The notes beneath the pieces are model-generated. The model worked only from the letters and a program-made list of their open reading frames with translations. It ran no database searches and was not told where the DNA came from. Positions 55,236 to 63,836 of a stretch of 64,000 nt of DNA are shown here, piece by piece. This DNA is from Oscillospiraceae bacterium (GTDB lineage: Bacteria; Bacillota; Clostridia; Oscillospirales; Ruminococcaceae), in NCBI GenBank assembly GCA_015067025.1, contig SVNC01000003.1:90383-154382 (forward strand), given 5' to 3'. How positions within the stretch are numbered: the stretch's first letter is position 1; the number at the start of each line of letters is the position of its first letter. Made by a program: the position numbers and the translations under genes.

Positions 55236-56660
55236 TTATTCGCCGCAAAGCTCAGAATAGATACCTATATAAAGCTTAGCAGACTGCTTCCAGCTGAAGT
55301 CAGCCTTCATAGCACGGGTAACGAGCTTATTCCATTCTGTCTTGTTGTAATAGCAGTCTCTTGCTCTTTCAATAGCTCCCAGCATATCATGAGCGTTATA
55401 GGACTGGAAAGTATAGCCTGTACCGTTTTCATCTCCGCAGTCGATGATGCTGTCTGCAAGACCGCCTGTTTTACGAACTATAGGAATAGTACCGTAACGT
55501 AAGGAGATCATCTGTGCAAGACCGCAGGGCTCACTCTTACTGGGCATAAGGAACATATTGGCACCCGCATATATCTTCTTTGCAAGGTCGGGGATATATC
55601 CGCAGGTAAAGGCTACCTTATCAGGATACTTCCAGCGCATTTCATGGAAGAACTGCTCATACTGTGCCTCACCTGAGCCTAAGATAACCACCTTATAACC
55701 GAGGTTTACGATATCGTCAAATACGTACTTTACAAGGTCAAAGCCCTTATGTTCAACAAGTCTTGAGATCATACCGATTACAGGCTCGTCGCCCTGAGGA
55801 AGACCTACTTCTTCGAGGAGCTTTTCTGTACATACCTTCTTGCCTGCTTTCTTTGTAGTTGTGAAGTTTGCAGGAATTACAGGGTCTGTAGCGGGATTGT
55901 ACATATCTGTGTCAATACCGTTAAGGAAACCGCAAGTCTTATACTGCTTATCCTGAAGAGCTCTGTCAAGGCCGTGTGAGAACCAGGGATCGAATATTTC
56001 TCTTGCATATGTGGGAGAAACTGTTGTAACCTTATCTGCAACCTCGATAGCAGCTTTCATAAGGTTTACGTCTCTATCGTATTCCATAAGAGATGCAAAA
56101 TGACGGGGAATACCAAGCACATCCTCAAGAATTTCCATACCGTATCTGCCCTGATACTGAATGTTGTGGATAGTAAACATATTCTTGATGCCCCACAGCT
56201 TGTGGTGATGCTTATAGAAAATGTTATAATACACAGGGATAAGAGCACACTGCCAGTCATTAGAGTTGATAACCTGAGGCTTAAAATCAATAACTGTCAG
56301 CATTTCAAGTACTGCACGGGAGAAGAACGCATAGCGCTCTGCATCATCGTAATAGCCGTACAGACCGAAATCTCTCTTGAAGTAATATTCGTTATCAAGG
56401 AAATAGTACGTCACACCGTTGATATTAGCTGTAAAAAGACCGCAGTACTGACTACGCCAGCCAACAGGTACGGAAAAGTTTGTAACGTAAGTCATCTGGT
56501 CACGCCACTGCTGCTTTATGGTATTGACGTAAAGGGGCATAACAACGCAAGCCTCGTGCCCTTCCTCTACAAGTGCCTTGGGTAAAGAACCTGCTACGTC
56601 TGCAAGTCCACCGGAAGCTGCAACGGGCTGAGCTTCACTTGACGCATAAAGAATCTTCAT
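55236..56660 (-). CDS. glgA: Glycogen (starch) synthase GlgA
   Basis: 474 aa. MKILYASSEAQPVAASGGLADVAGSLPKAL is the GlgA KxGGL-type N-terminus, and SRLVEHKGFDL and PSKSEPCGL are also present. Confidence 0.95.
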   Translation of the reverse strand: MKILYASSEAQPVAASGGLADVAGSLPKALVEEGHEACVVMPLYVNTIKQQWRDQMTYVTNFSVPVGWRSQYCGLFTANINGVTYYFLDNEYYFKRDFGLYGYYDDAERYAFFSRAVLEMLTVIDFKPQVINSNDWQCALIPVYYNIFYKHHHKLWGIKNMFTIHNIQYQGRYGMEILEDVLGIPRHFASLMEYDRDVNLMKAAIEVADKVTTVSPTYAREIFDPWFSHGLDRALQDKQYKTCGFLNGIDTDMYNPATDPVIPANFTTTKKAGKKVCTEKLLEEVGLPQGDEPVIGMISRLVEHKGFDLVKYVFDDIVNLGYKVVILGSGEAQYEQFFHEMRWKYPDKVAFTCGYIPDLAKKIYAGANMFLMPSKSEPCGLAQMISLRYGTIPIVRKTGGLADSIIDCGDENGTGYTFQSYNAHDMLGAIERARDCYYNKTEWNKLVTRAMKADFSWKQSAKLYIGIYSELCGE

Positions 56661-57018
56661 TGGTATTTCTCCTGCCTTTCAGCCGGAATTTCCGACTATA
56701 AATTATATATTCTGACTGTCCTTAAAATATCCCGATAAAATTATGTAACAAACCATCGGAAAAGCCTTTAAGAACATTCAATTTTATGATTTTAATATAG
56801 CACATTTTCACCTTAAAAGCAAGCGGATTTTAATTTTTCCATTCTTTCAGCGGAAAAAATCGGAAATAATAAACAAAAATCTCACTTCTTATTGTACAAA
56901 CTAACAAAATCTGCACCTTTGACTATTGATTTTTTATTTATTTTATATTATAATAAAAACATCGGAATTTTACCTAAGGTAAAACCTCTTTTATTAAAGG
57001 AAGGAATGGATATAAACT

Positions 57019-57534
57019 ATGGCTAACGAATTTACATCATTTGATGCAACTGCAGCAGAAAGAAATGCTACTCTTGACAAAATTCAGGATAATTATCAGG
57101 TAATTGACGAAAAAATAGATGCGGTAAACACCAGCATCCGTGAGCTTACAGGCGAATTTGACAAGCTCCGTGAAAAGACAGCCGAATCTGCAAGGATAGT
57201 TGCTCAGACAGACTCCATCATCAAGTACATACAGAACGTTGCTACTCAGATGACTCTGCTCGGCTTTAACGCTTCTATCGAAGCAAAGCACGTTGGCGAA
57301 GCGGGTGCAGGCTTCAACGTAATCGCTCAGGAAGTAAGACAGCTTGCCGAACAGACTCAGAACCAGACTCAGAACGTTGAAGACGTACTCGGAAATGTTC
57401 GCACATCCATTGCAAACATAGAAAAGGAGATTGCTGCCGCTGTAGAAACTCTGCAGACAAATATTGCTACGGTAAAGGAACTCAGCGAAATAATCGCTCT
57501 CACATCTGACGAGATCAAGAAGATCACAGACTAA
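57019..57534 (+). CDS. Small soluble protein consisting of a methyl-accepting chemotaxis protein signalling-domain core
   Basis: 171 aa. QMTLLGFNASIEAKHVGEAGAGFNVIAQEVRQLAEQT matches the conserved MCP hairpin tip (NA.IEAAR.GE.G.GF.VVA.EVR.LA). No TM segment or sensor domain was seen. Confidence 0.7.
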   Translation: MANEFTSFDATAAERNATLDKIQDNYQVIDEKIDAVNTSIRELTGEFDKLREKTAESARIVAQTDSIIKYIQNVATQMTLLGFNASIEAKHVGEAGAGFNVIAQEVRQLAEQTQNQTQNVEDVLGNVRTSIANIEKEIAAAVETLQTNIATVKELSEIIALTSDEIKKITD

Positions 57535-57542
57535 CAAAATTT

Positions 57543-57571
57543 ATCCCCCACTGCAAAGTGGGGGATTTTTA
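57543..57571 (+). terminator. Rho-independent terminator
   Basis: ATCCCCCACT-GCAA-AGTGGGGGAT followed by TTTT. Confidence 0.8.
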
Positions 57572-57629
57572 CTTGAAATTACTCCCCTGTTATTATATAA
57601 TAGACTTATCAAACTAAAAGGAATAAGAC

Positions 57630-58784
57630 ATGTCGAATATTGAATTAAAATGTCCATATATAAAAAAATGCAGCGGATGCCAGTTAAGCAACCTTGATTA
57701 TCCTGCTCAGCTAAGCTTTAAGCAGACAAGAGTTATAAAGCTGATGGGTAAGTTCTGCCATATTGACGAAATAAAAGGTATGGAACGTCCCTATCACTAC
57801 CGCAATAAGATGCAGTCAGCTTTCTTTAAAAAGAACGGTAAAACTGTGTCAGGTATTTATCAGTCCACCACAGGCAGAATAACCGAAACAGAAAGCTGTC
57901 TTATTGAAGACGAGCTATCAAACGAAATAACCTTAGCCTGCCGCAAGCTCTTTGAAAGCTTTAAAATGAAGCCCTATAACGAAGAAACAAAATCGGGCTT
58001 TATCCGTCACCTGCTTATAAGACGAGGCTTTGCCACAAATGAGATAATGATGGTCATAGTAACAGCTGAGGGTAAATTTCCGTCATCCCGTTCCTTTGTA
58101 AATGCACTTGTAAAGAAATTCCCTGAAATAAAAACTATCGTATGGAATATAAACGATACAGAGCTTTTCCTTTCCCTCGGAGAAAAAAGCGAAATCCTCT
58201 TTGGTGACGGATATATCGAGGATATACTCTGCGGACTTAAATTCCGTATTAGTCCTCATTCCTTTTATCAGATCAATCCCGTTCAAACAGAATATCTTTA
58301 CAATAAAGCAAAAGAATTTGCTGAGCTTAAACCTACCGATACGGTCATTGACGCCTATTGCGGTACGGGTACTATCGGTCTTATTATGGCAAAAGAAGCA
58401 GGAAAAGTCATCGGCGTGGAGGTAAACGGTTCGGCTGTAAATGATGCTATCAAAAACGCTGAGCTTAACGGAATAACAAACGAAAGCTTTTACTGTGACG
58501 ATGCAGGAGAATTTATGGCTTCTCTTGCTGAAAAGGGCGAAAAGGCAGACGTTGTCATAACCGACCCGCCAAGAGCAGGCTGCAGCAGAGAGTTTTTACA
58601 AAGCCTTGTAAAGCTGTCGCCAAGAAGAATAGTTTATATTTCCTGCAATCCCGAAACGCTGGCAAGAGATATGCAATATCTCCTGCATAAAGGTTACAGA
58701 GCAGAAAAAATTCAGCCCGTGGATATGTTTCCTCATACGAGGCACGTCGAGTGCGTAGTATTGATGACTAAAGTACAGAAGTAA
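57630..58784 (+). CDS. 23S rRNA (uracil-5-)-methyltransferase, RlmD/RumA family
   Basis: 384 aa with an N-terminal Cys cluster (CPYIKKCSGCQ), the SAM motif DAYCGTGTIG, DPPRAG, and the catalytic-region SCNPETLARD. Confidence 0.85.
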   Translation: MSNIELKCPYIKKCSGCQLSNLDYPAQLSFKQTRVIKLMGKFCHIDEIKGMERPYHYRNKMQSAFFKKNGKTVSGIYQSTTGRITETESCLIEDELSNEITLACRKLFESFKMKPYNEETKSGFIRHLLIRRGFATNEIMMVIVTAEGKFPSSRSFVNALVKKFPEIKTIVWNINDTELFLSLGEKSEILFGDGYIEDILCGLKFRISPHSFYQINPVQTEYLYNKAKEFAELKPTDTVIDAYCGTGTIGLIMAKEAGKVIGVEVNGSAVNDAIKNAELNGITNESFYCDDAGEFMASLAEKGEKADVVITDPPRAGCSREFLQSLVKLSPRRIVYISCNPETLARDMQYLLHKGYRAEKIQPVDMFPHTRHVECVVLMTKVQK

Positions 58785-58888
58785 ATACCGAAAAAGGCTT
58801 GAAAATAAGGCATTTCCGAGAGTTGGGCATCTTGATTTGATAGCTACCGAACGGAAGATTTATCAACTGAATTATGTCGGAATTGATA

Positions 58889-58994
58889 GGTTGAGTTGAC
58901 AGGTTGAAAATGGGCAAGGTTGAGTTGACAGGTTGAAAATGGGCAAGGTTGAGTTGATAAGATGATTTTGTAATAGGTCGAGTGGATAAGACGA
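58889..58994. repeat. Iteron-like direct repeats upstream of the 59023 gene
   Basis: The 29-bp unit GGTTGAGTTGACAGGTTGAAAATGGGCAA is perfect at 58889-58917 and 58918-58946. A diverged unit GGTTGAGTTGATAAGATGA lies at 58947-58965, and GGTCGAGTGGATAAGACGA lies at 58976-58994. Confidence 0.9.
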
Positions 58995-59022
58995 TTATCT
59001 TGCGACAAGGAGGAACAGTACC

Positions 59023-59949
59023 ATGATAAATTTAGGAAAACTTAAAGAAATAAAAGATTTGCGAAAGGTATGGCCGCATGAGGCATTAGACTTCACTCCT
59101 TGGCTTGCGGAAGAGGATAATCTTACCCTGTTGGCAGATGCTGTTGGATTGGAGATAACGGTTGATGAAACCGAGTCAAGTGTCGGCGATTTCAATGTTG
59201 ACATTTATGCAACTGAAACCGGAACGGACAGAAAAATCATCATCGAGAATCAGCTTGAAGATACAAACCATGACCACCTTGGTAAATTGATTACATATGC
59301 ATCCGGGAAATCTGCCGATATTGTGATTTGGGTTGTAAAGAGAGCAAGAGAAGAACATCGCTCTGCCATTGAGTGGCTGAATAACCACACCGATGAGAAT
59401 ATTGCTTTCTTCCTGGTAGAAATTAAACTGTATCAAATCGGAAGTTCTGATATTGCCGTTAAGTTCGAAGTGGTAGAAAAGCCAAATGACTGGACAAAGG
59501 AAATCAAGCGAAACACCAGTAATTCTCCTACGCTGCAAGCGAGATATGACTATTGGGTTGCCTTCAACGATTATGCATTTCAAAATCATGCATTTGCAAA
59601 GCAGTTCAATAAGAGAAAGGCAAGTACAGACCATTGGATGACTATGAGCGTGGGTTCCTCCGCTTGTCACATCAGCATCAATCAGATTCGCAAGGATAAC
59701 CAGATTGTTGTAGAGTGGTACATTTCCGATGATAAAGAACTGTTCCATAAGTTTCATTCCCATAAGACGGAAATTGAAACGGATATGGATATGAAACTTG
59801 ACTGGAGAGAATTGCCGGACAAGAAAGCCAGCAGAATCCTTATATCCCATCCGGCAGATTTTGATAATAAGGATAAGTGGTCTGAACAGTTCGATTGGGC
59901 GATGGACGTTGCTTTGAAGATGAAAAATGCCTTCAAGAAATACTTATAA
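59023..59949 (+). CDS. PD-(D/E)xK nuclease-like N-terminal domain plus DUF4268-like C-terminal domain protein
   Basis: 308 aa. GDFNVDIYATE...KIIIENQLEDTNHDHLGKLITYASG is a nuclease-fold-like D...E.Q core that I associate with DUF4268-family proteins. The RBS AAGGAGG is present. Confidence 0.5.
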   Translation: MINLGKLKEIKDLRKVWPHEALDFTPWLAEEDNLTLLADAVGLEITVDETESSVGDFNVDIYATETGTDRKIIIENQLEDTNHDHLGKLITYASGKSADIVIWVVKRAREEHRSAIEWLNNHTDENIAFFLVEIKLYQIGSSDIAVKFEVVEKPNDWTKEIKRNTSNSPTLQARYDYWVAFNDYAFQNHAFAKQFNKRKASTDHWMTMSVGSSACHISINQIRKDNQIVVEWYISDDKELFHKFHSHKTEIETDMDMKLDWRELPDKKASRILISHPADFDNKDKWSEQFDWAMDVALKMKNAFKKYL

Positions 59950-59993
59950 AATAAAGGATTCATTAACTTTGAGGGTTAGTGAATCCTTTTCTT

Positions 59994-60293
59994 TTATAAT
60001 CTTTGCTGTGTTCCTAAAAGAGGTACGTGTACTTCTTCCAGGAATTCATTGCACTCATCGATGCTTACAGTACCTTTGCGATACTTTCTGCGGAGCATAT
60101 CGTAATATTTGCGGTAAAGTACAGTCGTAAGCCAGTTTTTAGGGTTTTCCATAGGCTTATTCTGACTGATGGCAACAAGTGCCGCAAGCATTGTTTCCTG
60201 TGCCAAATCCTCTGCGTCTTCGATATTATTCACCTTATACATTGCCGTTTTCAGCAGGTAATCAGCATATTCTGTAAGTTCGTTTTTGTTCAT
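59994..60293 (-). pseudogene. Truncated sigma-70/ECF-type sigma factor (region 2 only)
   Basis: The likely start is ATG 60293 (MNKNELTEY). DAEDLAQETMLAAL and NWLTTVLYRKYYDMLRRKY are region 2 motifs. The reading frame stops after ~99 aa with no region 4 HTH, and only 44 nt remain before the convergent upstream gene. Confidence 0.5.
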
Positions 60294-60384
60294 AAGAACA
60301 CCTCTTTTGAAAGCTTTCATCTATATAGTCGCAGAAATTTACAACAGGTTTGCTAAAATCAGGATTTATAAAAGAAATTAAATA

Positions 60385-60462
60385 ACGGGCGACTGATAGT
60401 AGCCCCTACGAATTCCCTCAATATAACATGAATAAACGTAGGGGCGAACAGTGTTCGCCCGT
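60385..60462. other. Nested long hairpin / alternative-structure element between pduL and the truncated sigma gene
   Basis: The outer stem is ACGGGCGA/TCGCCCGT and the inner stem is GCCCCTACG/CGTAGGGGC. A competing hairpin GGGCGAAC-AGT-GTTCGCCC lies at 60442-60460. Confidence 0.6.
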
Positions 60463-60529
60463 TTTCATAATTGATGTTTTCACCTAATCAAAATAAGGTG
60501 AAGTTTTTACAGTCACTTATGTTTACTAT

Positions 60530-61102
60530 TTACTTGATAACTTCTACCATCATACCGGGAGTTGCAAGAACTGCATTGGACTCGTCAGTATCGATGTGCA
60601 TAGCGTCTGCGAAGTTTTCGTGTACTCTTACTACAACGTCGCCGAGGATAGCTTCTCTGCCTTCGCTCTTAACCTTAACGCTTACGATCTGCTTGTTTTC
60701 AACGCCCCACTTTTCTGCTGTCGCAGGAACTAAGTGGATGTGTCTCTTTGCAACGATAACGCCCTCGCTGATTTCGATTTCGCCGCAGGGACCTGTGATC
60801 TTACAGCCGGGTGTACCCTTGATGTCGCCTGATTCTCTTACAGCGATAGGACATCCGATTGAACGAGCGTCTGTAGCTGAAAGCTCAACCTGTGTATCAG
60901 GTCTTACAGGACCTAAAATAGATACGTTTGCAAGTGACTTCTTGGGGCCAACTACTGTAACTCTTTCTTCACAAGCAAACTGACCGGGCTGAGAAAGATC
61001 CTTTTTCTTTGTAAGCTCATAGCCCTTGCCGAATAATGTTTCAAGTGCTTCCTGTGACACGTGGATGTGTCTTGCAGAGGTTTCGAGTAAAACTTCCATC
61101 AT
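60530..61102 (-). CDS. pduL: Phosphate propanoyltransferase / phosphotransacylase PduL
   Basis: 190 aa with duplicated PduL motifs (SARHIHVS...GPVR; AKRHIHL...GDVVVRV). Confidence 0.85.
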   Translation of the reverse strand: MMEVLLETSARHIHVSQEALETLFGKGYELTKKKDLSQPGQFACEERVTVVGPKKSLANVSILGPVRPDTQVELSATDARSIGCPIAVRESGDIKGTPGCKITGPCGEIEISEGVIVAKRHIHLVPATAEKWGVENKQIVSVKVKSEGREAILGDVVVRVHENFADAMHIDTDESNAVLATPGMMVEVIK

Positions 61103-61223
61103 AATTTGATATTTCCTTTCTTATGTAGCGGATATCCGCATAATTTTCCTATATAATTATACACCTTTATAAAGGAAAATGCAAGTGATATTGTTAAATT
61201 ATAGGCAATTAATTGGCGTTTTA

Positions 61224-63200
61224 TTATCCGATGAATTTCATAGCCGCCATTGCTTTATCCCAGACGGGAACAAAGGCTTCGTTCAGAGTAGGGGTTTCAC
61301 ATTCATAATCCTTACAGGATAAATAAAAATCATATAATGCAATATTCTCTCTATCATCCTTTATTGCTTCAATGTCTGCAATAGCGTTTCTTGTAAGCTC
61401 TATCTTACGCATGTTTTCTTCAATCACCTTATTTTCAGGCTTTGAAAGTTCTGCAAGCTGATGCTGGTATTTTTCTATAGTCGCATTATAATTGTTTACA
61501 CGACTGCCTAAATCCTTCATATTAGCCTTGCACACACTTGCCGAATATGCAGATACGCCCGAATTCTTTCGTCTGAAGGAATTTACAAGGCTTGATGATA
61601 TAGCGTGAACAAGCGCCATAATCAATGTTTCGATAAGGGCAACCGACGCAACAATTGAAACTATGTCGTTTATTTCCTGTGATTTTGACTTTGGGGTAGA
61701 AATCGCTATAAAAAAGCAAACAATAAGCGTAATAATGCCAAGCGCAAAAAAGAATTTAGTTACCTTTGCTCTTGTTATTCTCTTTTTGAGGGTACCGTAT
61801 TTTTTTATAAGAGTGCGGGATTCCTTTATATCGTCAGTAAGATCGTCTATATTCCTGTTACAGGATTTTATAGCGTCAGCTACACGTTTTTCTTCCTTTT
61901 GTATTGCCGATTCAGACGCCTTTATCATACCATTTGCACAAGCCAGCTTTTCACTGTACATATCCCTTGAGCCTTCTGCATAGGCTGAGGACTTGATACG
62001 AAGATATTCTTTCATTTTTGATTTGATCTCCACCTTCTGACCATCGTCAGCAAGGCTTAAAGCATAGCCGTACCATTCCTTTATCTTAGCTTCATCTTCA
62101 TCCGAAACTACTGTCAGATTTCTTGAAGACGCTGTAATAAGTCCCCACCAACCAAGATAGTGTCCGGGATATTCACGGGTCATCGTCTGATACGTTTCAT
62201 AAGCCGCAGGGTAATTCTTTAAATTCATATACACCCGGGCATTTTCAATACATTTATCAAGAGTAGGAGCTGCCGCCGCATATGTAACGGGTACAGGTGT
62301 ACTGCCACCCATAAGCTTACCTATACCTCTGACAAGATCCTGTTTAAAGCCGATCTTAGTCATATCCTGACCCTGAAAATTCTTGAACTCAGCAGGCATA
62401 TCATAAGCGTCAATATCAGCGTAACAAGGAATAAGAGTCTTGCTCTTATCATCCTTCATCATTTCAAGGAATCTTCCCCACTCATTCTTTACCCACACTG
62501 CATTGAAGTATTCATACTTTGTGCCTACCGCAAGCATTACCTTTGCAGAGCTTAAAGCCGCAAAGATATAGGGCTCGTAAGCCTTACCCAGCTTATCCTC
62601 TAAAGTAATTCTTGAGAAGAATACTTTATACCCTTTTTCTGTAAGAGCCTCATATATTTCCTGAGCTAAAACGCTGTCCTTTGTACGTTCGCCCTCCTCG
62701 TCGGTTTCCTTATAGCATATAAAGATATCGAAAGGCTCTTCGTTAGCCGCAACGCTAAGTATCTCCTTTTGCAGTCTATCGATCTCCTTCGCTTCACGGC
62801 GGTATACAGCCGTAGCATCCGCGTCAGAATACTGAAGAGCAGTAGTAAAGTTTTCATCCTCAAAAATGCTCTGATATGAGGTGCGGTGACAGGTAGGTAT
62901 CTTTCTTGCAGTAGCAGGATCGTCAACGTACTCTATACCGTATTTGCAAAGGCACAGTCCCCAATAAGCTTCTGCCTCTTCAATAAATTCGGACGCTATC
63001 GTTTCATAGATACCTGCCGCCTTATCAAACTCGTTATTCATACGAAGTCTGTTCGCACGGGAAAAGAGATTTACCTTCTTTTCACTGTCAAGGGTAGGTA
63101 CTGTCTGCTGTGTATTGCAGTATTTACAGGTATATATATTGGTGGACGTATCAGTAACGTCAAGATCGCCACCACACATTTTACATCTGAAAACAGCCAT
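61224..63200 (-). CDS. Zinc-ribbon / TIR-domain / coiled-coil / 2-TM membrane protein
   Basis: 658 aa. The N-terminus has C.MCG...C.YC (a zinc ribbon). The TIR domain spans roughly aa 157-290 (FDIFICYKETD..., KVFFSR, AKVMLAVGT, AVWVKNEW). A coiled-coil-like region and two TM helices (FFFALGIITLIVCFFIAI, IVSIVASVALIETLIMALV) follow. Confidence 0.8.
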   Translation of the reverse strand: MAVFRCKMCGGDLDVTDTSTNIYTCKYCNTQQTVPTLDSEKKVNLFSRANRLRMNNEFDKAAGIYETIASEFIEEAEAYWGLCLCKYGIEYVDDPATARKIPTCHRTSYQSIFEDENFTTALQYSDADATAVYRREAKEIDRLQKEILSVAANEEPFDIFICYKETDEEGERTKDSVLAQEIYEALTEKGYKVFFSRITLEDKLGKAYEPYIFAALSSAKVMLAVGTKYEYFNAVWVKNEWGRFLEMMKDDKSKTLIPCYADIDAYDMPAEFKNFQGQDMTKIGFKQDLVRGIGKLMGGSTPVPVTYAAAAPTLDKCIENARVYMNLKNYPAAYETYQTMTREYPGHYLGWWGLITASSRNLTVVSDEDEAKIKEWYGYALSLADDGQKVEIKSKMKEYLRIKSSAYAEGSRDMYSEKLACANGMIKASESAIQKEEKRVADAIKSCNRNIDDLTDDIKESRTLIKKYGTLKKRITRAKVTKFFFALGIITLIVCFFIAISTPKSKSQEINDIVSIVASVALIETLIMALVHAISSSLVNSFRRKNSGVSAYSASVCKANMKDLGSRVNNYNATIEKYQHQLAELSKPENKVIEENMRKIELTRNAIADIEAIKDDRENIALYDFYLSCKDYECETPTLNEAFVPVWDKAMAAMKFIG

Positions 63201-63350
63201 ATATTTCCTCCATATTTTTATGCCATCTGTTAAAATGGAATTTAATTAACAATTTATATAATTATAGCATAAATCGTCGCATTGTGTCAATTGCAATGAG
63301 TGAACCGAGAAAATAAAAAACAAACGTAAAAGCAGTGCCTTTAAACAGCT

Positions 63351-63398
63351 CCGCCGCACAATAAACAAGTGATGTTCAACACTTTGTTTGTGCGGCGG
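63351..63398. terminator. Long imperfect hairpin between the four-helix-bundle gene and the TIR gene
   Basis: CCGCCGCACAATAAACAAGTG-loop-CACTTTGTTTGTGCGGCGG. Confidence 0.5.
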
Positions 63399-63527
63399 TT
63401 TCAAATCTGCTTTATGATGGTCTTGCTAAGGTCGGGGGTGAAGAAAAAAATGCCTTTAAATGCGGTATATAATTTTCTCATTTATTATCAATATTCGCCT
63501 TTGCCGTTCTGCAGGAAGAAACCGGCA

Positions 63528-63836
63528 TTACGCGAAGTGTGCACATTTATCGGATAAAAGTTTATACTGATGACCGTCAATATAGTTGGTTCTATGCAAT
63601 AGTTCAAGCCAATAGCCTGTTTCACTCGCCTCCTTGAGAGCAATTTCAAGCTTAGCGATAAAATCCTTTTTGCCTTGAGCGTATTGTGCCTCGTGGATAT
63701 TTGCACCGATACTTGTACCGCTTCTGCCGATCTGGTTAGCAATAACGGATTCGTGATTGAATTTCAGATATTTAACAAGGTTAATGATTTCTACGGAAAA
63801 CTCCATTGAAAGTTCGCGTAATTTAGATTCAGCCAT
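63528..63836 (-). CDS. Four-helix-bundle protein (23S rRNA intervening-sequence-protein family)
   Basis: 102 aa. QIGRSGTSIGANIHEAQYAQGKKDFIAKLEIALKEASETGYWLELL matches the family signature as I remember it. Confidence 0.7.
   Translation of the reverse strand: MAESKLRELSMEFSVEIINLVKYLKFNHESVIANQIGRSGTSIGANIHEAQYAQGKKDFIAKLEIALKEASETGYWLELLHRTNYIDGHQYKLLSDKCAHFA

Noticed and set aside
57037-57537. 166-aa minus-strand ORF fully overlapping the MCP-signalling-domain gene
   Set aside because: The plus-strand product contains the highly conserved MCP hairpin-tip motif and has an RBS and a terminator. The antisense ORF is Cys/Leu/Phe-rich and has no motif.
58889-58994. The 29-bp repeats as a CRISPR array
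   Set aside because: The repeats are contiguous with no spacers, only two perfect copies exist, and no cas genes are nearby. They are treated as tandem or iteron-like repeats instead.
59176-59963. Minus-strand ORFs 59176-59850 and 59754-59963
   Set aside because: They are antisense to the 59023-59949 gene, which has a strong RBS and a nuclease-fold motif. The antisense ORFs have no independent support.
60471-60983. 170-aa plus-strand ORF
   Set aside because: It is antisense to pduL, whose duplicated PduL motifs are unambiguous.
63488-63742. 84-aa minus-strand ORF overlapping the four-helix-bundle gene in another frame
   Set aside because: The 63528-63836 frame carries the family signature (GANI.EA...F......A..E..ET..WL) and an RBS. 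The alternative frame has neither.
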